Shown here one piece after another: positions 18,422-27,726 of a stretch of 32,000 nt of DNA. The notes beneath the pieces are model-generated. The model saw only the letters and a program-made list of their open reading frames with translations. It did no database searches and had not been told where the DNA came from. The position numbers were made by a program, and so were the translations under genes. How positions within the stretch are numbered: position 1 is the stretch's first letter; every line of letters starts with the position of its first letter. The stretch is from an uncultured Planctomycetia bacterium. Its GTDB lineage: Bacteria; Omnitrophota; Gorgyraeia; Duberdicusellales; 4484-171. The stretch covers positions 11,157-43,156 of the forward strand of contig CAZHYN010000014.1 in the NCBI GenBank assembly GCA_964536865.1, in the 5' to 3' direction.

Positions 18422-19017
18422 AATCTCAACTCTTTTTTAGAAATAAGATTACCTATATTTTTCTTATGTCTTATAACAACAAAGATAAATACTAAAAAGG
18501 AGAAAATTTTAATTTCACAGGGAACGTTCAGAAATAAAGTTATCCCGAAAAAAGATAATCCTCCAATAAGAGAAGCCAAAGAGACATACCGAAATAGAAA
18601 AAATACAACTGCCCACAACACAATAGTAAGAAAAAATGATATAACAAGAGGAGGGAAAATCAAAGTTAATCCTGCAATAACACCTATACTGGTAGCCACG
18701 CCTTTACCTCCTTTAAATTTTAGAAAAAGAGACCAGTTATGGCCCACTATCGCAGAAAGGGATACAAAAATATAAAACATAGGTATTTTTTCTTTAATTA
18801 TCAAACTTATTAAGAAAGGAGCGATCAATCCCTTAGAAAAATCCAAAAAGAAAGTTAATATCCCCCATTTTTTCCCCAACACCCTAGCAGCATTAGTAGC
18901 TCCAATGTTACCAGAACCAAAATTTCTTATATCAACTCCCTTTATGATCTTAGCTATAATATATCCGAAAGGTATACTTCCTATTATATAAGCGAAAAAA
19001 CAGGTTAAAACTATCAT
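18418..19017 (-). CDS. plsY: Glycerol-3-phosphate acyltransferase PlsY
   Basis: 199-aa polytopic membrane ORF with the PlsY motifs GSGNIGATNAARVLG and FKGGKGVAT. Confidence 0.9.
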   Translation of the reverse strand: MIVLTCFFAYIIGSIPFGYIIAKIIKGVDIRNFGSGNIGATNAARVLGKKWGILTFFLDFSKGLIAPFLISLIIKEKIPMFYIFVSLSAIVGHNWSLFLKFKGGKGVATSIGVIAGLTLIFPPLVISFFLTIVLWAVVFFLFRYVSLASLIGGLSFFGITLFLNVPCEIKIFSFLVFIFVVIRHKKNIGNLISKKELRF

Positions 19018-19021
19018 ATAA

Positions 19022-19567
19022 TCACTTACCTTTGCTTTCTGCTAAGTTTAAGCAGCTTATTCCTCTCTTTATATATCCTATCCCAGAAATCAAAGTAAAG
19101 ATTACCGCTAAATTCCAGATTAAGAAAGAAAATTTTACATTCATAAGTACTACAAGAACAGTAATCATCTGGAAAAAAGTTGTAAGTTTACCCCATATGG
19201 AAGGAAAGATAGGAACCTCTACCTTTAAGAAGTGAAGAATGGCTATGCCTAGAAGAATAATAAAATCTCTACTTACCACTATAAGAACTACCCATAAGGG
19301 AATATTGAAATCTAAAAGTTTGAGTGATAAAAAAGCAGTAATCAAAAGTACTTTGTCAGCGAGAGGATCGACAACTTTCCCTATTTCTGATTTTTCTTTC
19401 TTTATTCTAGCTACCAATCCATCTAAGAAATCACTTATTATTGCTAAAAAAAACACTCCTATAGCTAAGTATCTAAAATAATCACGAGATTTAGAATAGA
19501 TAAGAAAAGATACAAAAATAGGAACTAAAATGATTCTTGAGATAGATAACTTATCGGCAAAACTCAC
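19022..19567 (-). CDS. pgsA: CDP-alcohol phosphatidyltransferase (likely CDP-diacylglycerol--glycerol-3-phosphate 3-phosphatidyltransferase)
   Basis: 181-aa membrane ORF carrying the CDP-alcohol phosphatidyltransferase signature DFLDGLVARIKKEKSEIGKVVDPLADK (DGx2ARx8Gx3Dx3D). It has a GTG start at 19567. Head-group specificity is inferred, not shown. Confidence 0.75.
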   Translation of the reverse strand: MSFADKLSISRIILVPIFVSFLIYSKSRDYFRYLAIGVFFLAIISDFLDGLVARIKKEKSEIGKVVDPLADKVLLITAFLSLKLLDFNIPLWVVLIVVSRDFIILLGIAILHFLKVEVPIFPSIWGKLTTFFQMITVLVVLMNVKFSFLIWNLAVIFTLISGIGYIKRGISCLNLAESKGK

Positions 19568-19630
19568 AATTTATACTTCTTACTTCTAATAAAACTTTTA
19601 TCTTTTTATACAACTTTTAATCTGGAGTCT

Positions 19631-19936
19631 CTAATTACCTTTTTCTTTAAGAGGTTTCAGTTCTGTCCCATCATAGGGGCAATACTTAACTGAAGAAGGG
19701 AATCTTCGCCCACATTTTGGACAAAATTTTGTCTCCATCTGCTCAGCAATTACTGCTCCTGCAACTGCCCCAGTAGCTGCTCCGATACCTGCTCCTTCTG
19801 CAGTATGTCCTGATTGATGCCCAATAATTGCTCCTAAGGCACCTCCTGCTACAGCTCCAGTAGCTGCCCCTCTTTGAACAGTTGTACAGGAAATTAACAA
19901 CAAAGGAATCAAGAGCAACCATACAAACTTAACCAT
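19631..19936 (-). CDS. Small lipoprotein with a glycine-zipper segment and a C-terminal zinc-ribbon-like motif
   Basis: 101-aa ORF with a signal peptide and lipobox (LLLISC). A Gly/Ala zipper follows (GAATGAVAGGALGAIIGHQSGHTAEGAGIGAATGAVAGAV). The C-terminus is CPKCGRRFPSSVKYCPYDG (CxxC...CxxDG). An AAGGAG Shine-Dalgarno lies upstream. Confidence 0.6.
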   Translation of the reverse strand: MVKFVWLLLIPLLLISCTTVQRGAATGAVAGGALGAIIGHQSGHTAEGAGIGAATGAVAGAVIAEQMETKFCPKCGRRFPSSVKYCPYDGTELKPLKEKGN

Positions 19937-19948
19937 CTTTTCTCCTTT

Positions 19949-20518
19949 CTATTCAATTATCCCTATACGTGAAGGAGGCCACCAAATAAATATAGCCTTA
20001 CCAACTATATCTTTTTGATCAACAAATCCCCAAAATCTTGAATCTAAACTAGAAAGGCTGTTATCCCCCAAAACAAAATATTTACCTGGAGGAACTATTA
20101 TTTCCTTATTTCTCTCCCCATACTCTCCTTGATTATAATAGTAATGATTAGCAATCTTAGGATCGGTAACTAATTTTCCATTTATATAAATATTACCCTT
20201 TCTAATAACAATATGATCTCCGGGTAAGCCAATCAATCTTTTAATGTAAGCCTTAGTTCTATCGTGAGGAGGAATAAAAACAATCACTTCCCCTCGCTGA
20301 GGCTTACGAAACCCATGGATCCTCAAACTAGTAAAAGGTACTTTAGGACCGTAAATTAACTTACTTACGAAAATCTTATCCCCAGGTTTAAGAGTGGGAA
20401 TCATAGAAGTAGTAGGGATTTTATATATTTGAAAGAAAAAGGTCCTTATAAAAGTTGCTAGACAAGCAGCGATAATTATAGACTCTATCCATTCTCTTAG
20501 TACACTTTTCTTAGGCAT
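19949..20518 (-). CDS. lepB: Signal peptidase I
   Basis: 189-aa ORF with an N-terminal TM segment. The catalytic Ser box is PTTSMIPTL, the Lys box is YIKRLIGLPGD, and the GDNSLSSLDSRFWG box is present. Confidence 0.9.
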   Translation of the reverse strand: MPKKSVLREWIESIIIAACLATFIRTFFFQIYKIPTTSMIPTLKPGDKIFVSKLIYGPKVPFTSLRIHGFRKPQRGEVIVFIPPHDRTKAYIKRLIGLPGDHIVIRKGNIYINGKLVTDPKIANHYYYNQGEYGERNKEIIVPPGKYFVLGDNSLSSLDSRFWGFVDQKDIVGKAIFIWWPPSRIGIIE

Positions 20519-20520
20519 CC

Positions 20521-22320
20521 TTACATTTTTAATACTTCCAAAAATGCCTCTTTAGGAACAGTTATGTTCCCCAACTGTTTCATTTTTTTCTTTCCTTTCT
20601 TCTGCTTTTCCCAAAGTTTCCTTTTCCTGGTAATATCTCCTCCATAACATTTGGCAGTAACATTCTTTCTTAAGGGAGGAATCCTTTCTGAAGAAATAAT
20701 TTTAGAGCCAATCGCTACCTGTATATTTACTTCAAACATCTGACGAGGAATTAGTTCTTTCAGCTTTACTACCACACTTCTTGCTTTTGATTCAGCGTCG
20801 TCCTTATGAGTTAGTAAAGAAAATGCTTCTACAGGCCTTCTATTAAAAAGAATATCAATTTTCACAATTTCTGTTTTCTTATAACCAATGAATTCGTAAT
20901 CTAAAGAAGCGTAACCATGAGTGGCGGACTTTATCTTATCATAAAAATCTACAATAACTTCAGAGAGAGGCAATTCAAAAATAATGTTAAGCCTATCTTT
21001 GCCCAGATAATCTATTTTAAGTAACTTCCCTCTTCGTGACTTAGAAAGTTGACATATCGCCTCCATACCTTCCAAAGGAGTAAGAATAGAAACCTTCACA
21101 AAAGGTTCGTAAACTTCTTGAATATGAGTAGGAGAGGGCAGTTGATGCGGACTCTCAACGTTAATTATTTCACCATTGGTCTTTTTCACCGTATACATTA
21201 CATTAGGGGAAGTTAATATAAGATCTAAACCAAACTCTCTTTCTAATCTCTCTTGAACTATTTCCATATGAAGCAAACCCAGGAAACCACAACGAAATCC
21301 ATAGCCTAAAGAACCTAAATTATCAGGTTCATATACAAAAGAAGAATCAGATAGTCTTAGTTTCTGTATAGCTTCTCGAAGCTGAGGATAATCCTTAGGT
21401 GATGAAGGGAAAACACCACAGAAGACCATAGGAGGAATTTTTTTGTACCCTGGAAATGATGAAGAGCAAGGATTATTCTTTAATGTTATAGTATCTCCTA
21501 CATCTACATCCTGAGGATTTTTAATATTACAGCAAAGATAACCAACTTCTCCAGCTATTAACTCTTCTTTCTTAAAAGGTCTGGGGAGAAATATTCCCAA
21601 TTCCTCTACCTTATAACAATTTTGTTTATGCATTAAAAGAATAGTGTCGTTCACCCTTACCTTACCTTCAAATACCCTTACAAAAAGAACCACCCCTTTA
21701 TAGACATCAAAGCTGGAATCAAAAAGGAGAGCTTTTAAAGGCGCGGCAAGGTCTCCTGAGGGAGGTGGAATCTCCTTCACTACCCTCTCTAAGAGTTCAT
21801 TTACTCCTCTTCCCTCTTTAGCAGAAATAAGAGAGATTTCTTCTTTTTTAAACCCAAAGGCTTCTTGCAATTGTAAGATGCTTCTATCTATATCCGCATT
21901 AGGTAAATCTATTTTATTAACTGCAGGGATTATTTTTAAATTACCTTCTAAAGCTAAATAGAAATTAGCTACTGTCTGAGCTTCTATGCCTTGGGATGCA
22001 TCTACCAGAAGAATTGCTCCTTCACATGCTTTAAGGGATTTGGCTACTTCGTAAGTAAAATCTACATGTCCAGGTGTATCAATGAGATTCAAAGTGTAAT
22101 CATGACCGTCTTTGCTTCTAAAAGAAAGTCTCACTGCTTTTGCTTTTATAGTGATGCCTCGTTCTCTCTCTAGTTCCATACTATCTAAAAACTGATCATA
22201 GAAAGTGCGTTTATCTATTGCATGAGTTATCTCTAAAAATCTATCAGCAAGAGTGGATTTTCCATGATCAATGTGAGCAACTATACAGAAGTTTCTTATA
22301 AAATACTTGTCAGAATTCAT
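20521..22320 (-). CDS. lepA: Translation elongation factor 4 (LepA)
   Basis: 599-aa ORF. The GTPase motifs are AHIDHGKST, DTPGHVDF and NKID. The LepA-specific C-terminal domain ends in a basic tail. Confidence 0.95.
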   Translation of the reverse strand: MNSDKYFIRNFCIVAHIDHGKSTLADRFLEITHAIDKRTFYDQFLDSMELERERGITIKAKAVRLSFRSKDGHDYTLNLIDTPGHVDFTYEVAKSLKACEGAILLVDASQGIEAQTVANFYLALEGNLKIIPAVNKIDLPNADIDRSILQLQEAFGFKKEEISLISAKEGRGVNELLERVVKEIPPPSGDLAAPLKALLFDSSFDVYKGVVLFVRVFEGKVRVNDTILLMHKQNCYKVEELGIFLPRPFKKEELIAGEVGYLCCNIKNPQDVDVGDTITLKNNPCSSSFPGYKKIPPMVFCGVFPSSPKDYPQLREAIQKLRLSDSSFVYEPDNLGSLGYGFRCGFLGLLHMEIVQERLEREFGLDLILTSPNVMYTVKKTNGEIINVESPHQLPSPTHIQEVYEPFVKVSILTPLEGMEAICQLSKSRRGKLLKIDYLGKDRLNIIFELPLSEVIVDFYDKIKSATHGYASLDYEFIGYKKTEIVKIDILFNRRPVEAFSLLTHKDDAESKARSVVVKLKELIPRQMFEVNIQVAIGSKIISSERIPPLRKNVTAKCYGGDITRKRKLWEKQKKGKKKMKQLGNITVPKEAFLEVLKM

Positions 22321-22322
22321 CT

Positions 22323-22979
22323 CTAGCGAAATACTGCCTTTTTCTTAATGTAGGAAAGTAATTTATCAACTACCTCACTAAGAGTTAGATTAGTAGTGTC
22401 GATATATACAGCGTCTTTCGCCTTCTTAAGGGGGGCTACTTTGCGAGTAAAGTCGGCCTCATCTCTTTTTCTCAACTGCTCTTTGAGGTGTTTCCAATCT
22501 ACACAGAGACCTTTCTCCTTCAGTTCTTTATAACGGCGCCTTAGCCTTTCATTAAAATCAGCATCTAAATAAAACTTATAGTCTGCACGAGGAAAAACTA
22601 CGGTAGTAATATCTCTCCCTTCTACTACATAATCTTTACAATAGGCTATTTTTCTTTGTAAACGTACCATCACTTTTCTTACCTGAGGGTGGCTAGCAAC
22701 TTGAGATATACTTTTATCTATTAAAGGGGATCGAATATCAATAGTAACTTTTCTATCATCTAAATAAATTTCTTCTCCTTTTATTTTAACATTCATAGTG
22801 GAGGCAAGTTTTTGTAGAGCTTCGCTGTCACTTAAATCAATGTTTTCCTCTAAGGCCTTTAAAGTAAGTGTTCTATATAGAGATCCTGTATCTAAATAAG
22901 AAATTCCTAGATGCTTAGCTAAGAGACGAGAAACGGTAGTTTTTCCTGAACCAGCAGGTCCGTCAATAGCAATTATCAT
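22323..22979 (-). CDS. cmk: Cytidylate kinase
   Basis: 218-aa ORF containing IAIDGPAGSGKTTVSRLLA...YLDTGSLYR and EGRDITTVVFP. Confidence 0.9.
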   Translation of the reverse strand: MIIAIDGPAGSGKTTVSRLLAKHLGISYLDTGSLYRTLTLKALEENIDLSDSEALQKLASTMNVKIKGEEIYLDDRKVTIDIRSPLIDKSISQVASHPQVRKVMVRLQRKIAYCKDYVVEGRDITTVVFPRADYKFYLDADFNERLRRRYKELKEKGLCVDWKHLKEQLRKRDEADFTRKVAPLKKAKDAVYIDTTNLTLSEVVDKLLSYIKKKAVFR

Positions 22980-23802
22980 ATTTTATTTTTGCTTTTTTGT
23001 TAGCTCTAATGATGAATCTTTCAACCTTTTTTATATCTCTGTTAGCAACCGCTTTCTTAAATTCCTCTAACAACCTAAAGAAGCTATCAAGACTCTCTAT
23101 AATGTTTTTCCTATTAGAAATAAAAATATCTCTCCACACATGAGATGGGGAGGTTGCTATTCTTATCATATCAAGAAAACTTCTAGGAAAGAGGTGGCAG
23201 TAACTTAAAGGTACTACTTCCGCTAGAGAAAAAGAAACGATATGGGGAAGATGAGAAAGATAGGAGAGAGCTCTATCATGATAAGAAGGTGAAAGGAAAT
23301 AAACTTTTGCTTCTAAACTTTCCCATAGTTTTTTAATTTTTTTAACTTTGCTTTTTTTAGGATTAGAAGTTATAATACACAAGGAATTTTTATATAAATT
23401 TCTATTAGCATACATTGCTCCACTCTTCTCACTTCCGCAAAGAGGGTGACAACCAACAAAATTATTCTCTAAAGATAACTTCTTTACTGCTCTATGGATA
23501 TCCGTCTTAGTGCTTCCTAAATCTATAACTATAGTATTTTTAGTTATGAATGGTTTAATCTTTTTTAGATAATCAATAATAAGATAAATAGGCAGAGCTA
23601 AAACTATAAGGCCACTGCCCTTTACTACTTCTTTTAAATCTTGCGTAGCCTTATCTACAATTCTTAATCTTTTAAGCTTCCTTAAGGAATTTATATTTCT
23701 CGCAAATCCTATAATCTCTACCTGAGGAAACTTTTCTTTAAAAGCTAAGGAAAAGGACCCTCCCATAAGCCCTACACCAATTATTCCTATTTTCTTAAAC
23801 AT
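22963..23802 (-). CDS. tyrA: Prephenate (or arogenate) dehydrogenase
   Basis: 279-aa ORF with the Rossmann motif IGIIGVGLMGGSF. GSTK and the HP..G (CHPLCGSEKSG) active-site region are present, as is YHDRALSYLSHLPH. Its location within the aromatic cluster supports the call. Confidence 0.8.
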   Translation of the reverse strand: MFKKIGIIGVGLMGGSFSLAFKEKFPQVEIIGFARNINSLRKLKRLRIVDKATQDLKEVVKGSGLIVLALPIYLIIDYLKKIKPFITKNTIVIDLGSTKTDIHRAVKKLSLENNFVGCHPLCGSEKSGAMYANRNLYKNSLCIITSNPKKSKVKKIKKLWESLEAKVYFLSPSYHDRALSYLSHLPHIVSFSLAEVVPLSYCHLFPRSFLDMIRIATSPSHVWRDIFISNRKNIIESLDSFFRLLEEFKKAVANRDIKKVERFIIRANKKAKIKYDNCY

Positions 23803-23805
23803 ACT

Positions 23806-24822
23806 CTAAATAGTTCTACCTACCGCTTTAGCTACATAAGTGAGTTCCTTCATAAGTTGAGAAAACTTCTCTGGAAGAAGTTGTTGAGGACCATCACTTA
23901 GAGCCTCTTGGGGATAAGGATGAACTTCTATCAATAACCCATCGCATCCACAAGCTACCGCTGCTTTACTCAAAGGATTAACTAATGACCATCTTCCTGT
24001 AGCATGTGAAGGGTCAACAATTATAGGTAAGTGAGAAAGGCTCTTAACCAAAGGTACGGCACTTAAATCTAAAGTATTCCTGGTCGCCTCTTCAAAAGTC
24101 CTTATTCCTCTTTCACAAAGAATAACATTAAAATTCCCTCCCGAAAGAATATACTCAGCACTCATAAGAAGTTCTTTTATAGTAGCACTCATCCCTCTTT
24201 TTAGCACTACCGGTCTCTGAGTTTGTCCTACTTCCTTAAGGAGATTAAAATTCTGCATATTTCTAGCACCAATTTGAAGAATGTCAGCATACTTAGCTAC
24301 CATCCCAACATCGCGGGGGTCCATCACCTCAGTAATTGTAGGAATATCCAACCTTAAAGAAACTTCCTTTAGAATTTTAAGTCCCTCTTCTCCTAATCCT
24401 TGAAAACTGTAAGGAGAAGTGCGTGGCTTAAAGGCACCTCCTCTCAAAATTTTAGCTCCTGCTTCTTTTATCTTTTTAGCTACCTCTAATAGTTGCTTTT
24501 CTGACTCTATAGAACAAGGACCTCCAATTACTATAATTTCTTTACCTCCAAATTCAACTCCTTCTCTTATCTTCACTATGGAACCTTCTTTTTTGAATTC
24601 CCTAGAGACAAACTTATAAGGAGCAAGGACAGGAATTACCTTTTCTACACCAGGAAATACTTCAAAGGGTTGAATTCTAGCTACATCTTCTGGTCCAATG
24701 ACCCCTACAATGGTACGTTCTACACCTCTGGAAACCATAGCCTTAAGACCAAGCTTTTCAATTCTTAAAATCACTCGTTGAATATCCCCTTGGCTAGCCT
24801 CTTTTTTAAATACAATTATCAT
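23806..24822 (-). CDS. aroF: 3-deoxy-7-phosphoheptulonate (DAHP) synthase, type I-beta with N-terminal ferredoxin-like regulatory domain
   Basis: 338-aa ORF. An N-terminal regulatory-type domain of about 70 aa ([17 protein letters not shown]...) precedes a KDO8PS/DAHPS I-beta core containing [27 protein letters not shown] and DPSH. Symbol usage for this class varies between organisms. Confidence 0.85.
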   Translation of the reverse strand: MIIVFKKEASQGDIQRVILRIEKLGLKAMVSRGVERTIVGVIGPEDVARIQPFEVFPGVEKVIPVLAPYKFVSREFKKEGSIVKIREGVEFGGKEIIVIGGPCSIESEKQLLEVAKKIKEAGAKILRGGAFKPRTSPYSFQGLGEEGLKILKEVSLRLDIPTITEVMDPRDVGMVAKYADILQIGARNMQNFNLLKEVGQTQRPVVLKRGMSATIKELLMSAEYILSGGNFNVILCERGIRTFEEATRNTLDLSAVPLVKSLSHLPIIVDPSHATGRWSLVNPLSKAAVACGCDGLLIEVHPYPQEALSDGPQQLLPEKFSQLMKELTYVAKAVGRTI

Positions 24823-24825
24823 TCC

Positions 24826-25917
24826 TTACTCCTTTCTTCTTAAAAATTCTTTTAAATAGCGAATAAATCTACTATTTTCTTTATGGAGTCCTACAGTAAC
24901 TCTAAAAAAATTTTTCATTCCCCAAGAACTTAACTCTCGGATAATTACTCCTCTCCTCAAAAGATAATTATAAAGAGTTTTTGTATCCCTCTTGAAATTA
25001 ACCAGAACAAAATTTGTCACGCTTTCCACAAATTCTAATTTTAACTTTCTGAGTTCCTGATAAAGATAGAATTTCTCTTTCTTTATATACTCCTTTGTCT
25101 TTTTTAGGAACTTCTTATTAAGAAGAGCATGATAAGCACATATCTGAGCAATTCTATTTACATTGAAAGGCTCTCTTACTTTATTAAGTAGAGAAGCTAT
25201 TTTTTGCGTAGTTATTCCATAACCTATCCTTAAGCCCGCTAGTCCATAGGCTTTAGAGAAAGTTCTAGTAATAATAATATTCCCTCTATTTTTTAAAAAG
25301 TATAAACTATCAGGGTAATCTTTCTTATCTACAAATTCATAATAAGCCTCATCTAAAAACACTAAAACATTTTGGGGAATTTTCTCAAGAAATCCTTCCA
25401 GCTCCTTATGAGTCACGTAACTACCATGAGGATTGTCAGGATTGGCAATAAAAACAATCTTAGTATGTCTATCCACTGCTTTAGCCATTTTTAATAGGTC
25501 ATAGCGATAATTGACTAAAGGAATACGAACCACTTTAGCTTGATGGACTTTAGATTGAAGCTCATAGATCAAAAATGTAGGATATCCTACTAGTACTGAA
25601 TCACCTCTTTCTACAAAGGTGCGTAAAGCTAAAACAATCAGTTCATCGGAACCATTACCAAATATCAATTGGTCTCTCTTTACTTTTAATCTTTTTGCTA
25701 ATATATTTCTTAAGTAGAAACAACCTGCTTCAGGATAACGATTTACTGAAGATAACTCTCTTAATACTACTTTTTTTAAATAAAGAGGTGGGAAAGGAAT
25801 CTCGTTAGAAGCAAGTTTATATATTTCTTTTAGCTTAAATTCTCTTCTTAATTCTTCTATGGGCTTACCAGGCTTATAGACCTTTAAATCTTTAAGAGAA
25901 CTTCTCACTAAAGCCAT
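24826..25917 (-). CDS. hisC: Histidinol-phosphate/aromatic aminotransferase (class II PLP aminotransferase)
   Basis: 363-aa ORF. It contains LASNEIPFPP, NRYPE, GNGSDELI and IANPDNPHG, plus the PLP-lysine context TFSKAYGLAGLRIGY. It sits in the aromatic cluster, not with hisDBA. Confidence 0.85.
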   Translation of the reverse strand: MALVRSSLKDLKVYKPGKPIEELRREFKLKEIYKLASNEIPFPPLYLKKVVLRELSSVNRYPEAGCFYLRNILAKRLKVKRDQLIFGNGSDELIVLALRTFVERGDSVLVGYPTFLIYELQSKVHQAKVVRIPLVNYRYDLLKMAKAVDRHTKIVFIANPDNPHGSYVTHKELEGFLEKIPQNVLVFLDEAYYEFVDKKDYPDSLYFLKNRGNIIITRTFSKAYGLAGLRIGYGITTQKIASLLNKVREPFNVNRIAQICAYHALLNKKFLKKTKEYIKKEKFYLYQELRKLKLEFVESVTNFVLVNFKRDTKTLYNYLLRRGVIIRELSSWGMKNFFRVTVGLHKENSRFIRYLKEFLRRKE

Positions 25918-25923
25918 TTTTAG

Positions 25924-26985
25924 TTAACTTTCTTTAGGATATGAACCTAAAACTTTCACAAAGTTACACCTTTTTTCTAATTCTTTTAGACTTTTATCCA
26001 CATTTTTATCTGTGCGATGTCCTCCAAAATCCACAAAAAAGTAATACTCCCAAGCTTTTCTTTTAGAAGGGCGGGATTCTATTTTAGTAAGATTTATATT
26101 GAATTTTTTGAATGAATAAAGAGCATCATGCAGAGCTCCAACTTTATCTTTCACAGAAAAAATGATGGAAGTTTTATCCTCACCTGAAGGTAAACTATCT
26201 TCTTTAGAGATTACTAAAAAACGAGTAACATTAGAAGGAGTGTCTTGAATATTGGCTGAAATTACTTTCAATCCATATAGAGAAGCCAGAATTCTACTCC
26301 CAATACATGCTCCGTTACGATCTTTCTTCACCCGAAGGGCTGCCTTAGCAGTAGAAGAAGTAGGAATCAACTGAACATAAGGAAATTTTTTTGCTAACCA
26401 TTCTCTACACTGGGCAAAAACTTGAGGATTGGAATATATCCTCGTTATTTTCCCTTTGGAAGAATAACTAAGCAGGTCATGATGAATTTCCATTATAATC
26501 TCTGCACATATCTTAAGTGGTGATTCGAAAAACATATCTAAAGTATGAGTTACTACTCCTTCAATAGAATTCTCTACAGGAACTACTCCATAATCAGCTC
26601 CGCCTTTTTCTACTATGGTAAAAACTTCTCTTATAGTTTCTGAAGAGATATAATTCACTTTTTTACCAAATTTTTTTACTGCGGCTAAATGTGTAAATGT
26701 CCCCTCAGGACCTAAATAAGTAACCTTTATTTTAATTTTTAGTGCACGGAAAACAGAAAAAATTTCCTTAAAAATTAGTTCTATATCGTTATCAGAAAGA
26801 ACATCCTTATTTATTTTCTTTAATCTCCTTAAAATTTCAGCTTCTCTTTCTGGAGAGAAAAACTCCATACTTTTTTTCTCTTTAATAAGATTTATCTTCT
26901 CTACAACTTCTGCTCTTCGCAAAAGGAGCTTAAGGATTTGATTATCAATATTATCTACCTGACTTCTCAATTTTTTTAAACTCAT
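25924..26985 (-). CDS. pheA: Bifunctional chorismate mutase / prephenate dehydratase (P-protein) with C-terminal ACT domain
   Basis: The track ORF extends to 27048. The Met at 26985 (MSLKKLRSQVDNIDNQILKLL, a typical chorismate-mutase start) forms an ATGA overlap with the upstream gene's stop, so I prefer it. The PDT domain has YLGPEGTFTH and VPVENSIEG plus a TRF motif (NVTRFLVI). The ACT region has ESRPS. Confidence 0.88.
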   Translation of the reverse strand: MSLKKLRSQVDNIDNQILKLLLRRAEVVEKINLIKEKKSMEFFSPEREAEILRRLKKINKDVLSDNDIELIFKEIFSVFRALKIKIKVTYLGPEGTFTHLAAVKKFGKKVNYISSETIREVFTIVEKGGADYGVVPVENSIEGVVTHTLDMFFESPLKICAEIIMEIHHDLLSYSSKGKITRIYSNPQVFAQCREWLAKKFPYVQLIPTSSTAKAALRVKKDRNGACIGSRILASLYGLKVISANIQDTPSNVTRFLVISKEDSLPSGEDKTSIIFSVKDKVGALHDALYSFKKFNINLTKIESRPSKRKAWEYYFFVDFGGHRTDKNVDKSLKELEKRCNFVKVLGSYPKES

Positions 26986-27725
26986 TTTGTCTCTTTTATC
27001 AATCTTTCTGCTTCCATTAAAGTTTCCTTTGTCCCTATATCCAACCAAACACCTTTAAACAGAAAAGAATAAACAAGCAGCTTTTTAACTAACCAAGCGA
27101 TATATTGTCCTGCCATATCCCCAAATTTGTGAATGCTTAAGTACTGATCGAAAAATTTTATACTCTGCTGAGGAAAAAAATAGATGCATGTAGCTATCAA
27201 GCTACTTTGAGGCTCTTTAGGCTTTTCTATCAGTTCTTCTATTATGCCATCTCTAGAGACTTTTACTACTCCTAACTGAGTAGCTAAATACCTTTCTTTA
27301 ATATCGTAAATACCTATAGTAGGATGGGGAACTTTTTTTAAAGCAAATTTTACAAAATTATCTAATTCCCAATCAAAAAAGTTATCTGCACCTAAAATTA
27401 ACCAATGTCCTTCAGTTTCTCCTATAGCAAATTTAATATCTCCCACTACCCCTTTTCTATCCTGAGGAGAATTTGAGCCATCATTCAATATCGTAATATC
27501 CTTCCGTCCTAGTTTATCTCTCCAAATGATAAACTGTTGATAAAACTTGTTATTAGTTACCACAACAATTCTTTTCCAGTTTTCTACTTCTTTTACTCTA
27601 TCTATCTTCTCTATAAGATAGGCAATAAGGGGTTTTCCATCAATAGGAAGTAATGCCTTAGGTGTATTTAAAGTTAAAGGATAAAGCCTTGTTCCATAAC
27701 CAGCAGCAAGAATTAAAACATTCAT
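26982..27725 (-). CDS. Sugar-phosphate nucleotidyltransferase (NTP_transferase family, RmlA/GalU-like short form)
   Basis: 247-aa ORF whose N-terminus MNVLILAAGYGTRLYPLTLNTPKALLPI matches the G-x-G-T-R-x-x-P-x-T signature. The sugar and nucleotide specificity cannot be determined from the sequence. Confidence 0.75.
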   Translation of the reverse strand: MNVLILAAGYGTRLYPLTLNTPKALLPIDGKPLIAYLIEKIDRVKEVENWKRIVVVTNNKFYQQFIIWRDKLGRKDITILNDGSNSPQDRKGVVGDIKFAIGETEGHWLILGADNFFDWELDNFVKFALKKVPHPTIGIYDIKERYLATQLGVVKVSRDGIIEELIEKPKEPQSSLIATCIYFFPQQSIKFFDQYLSIHKFGDMAGQYIAWLVKKLLVYSFLFKGVWLDIGTKETLMEAERLIKETK

Positions 27726-27726
27726 T

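Noticed and set aside
26986-27048. The track's longer pheA start at 27048 adds 21 residues (MVGYRDKGNFNGSRKIDKRDK).
   Set aside because: The extension lies entirely inside the upstream nucleotidyltransferase gene and has no similarity to chorismate mutase N-termini. The Met at 26985 gives the ATGA stop/start coupling used repeatedly in this window.
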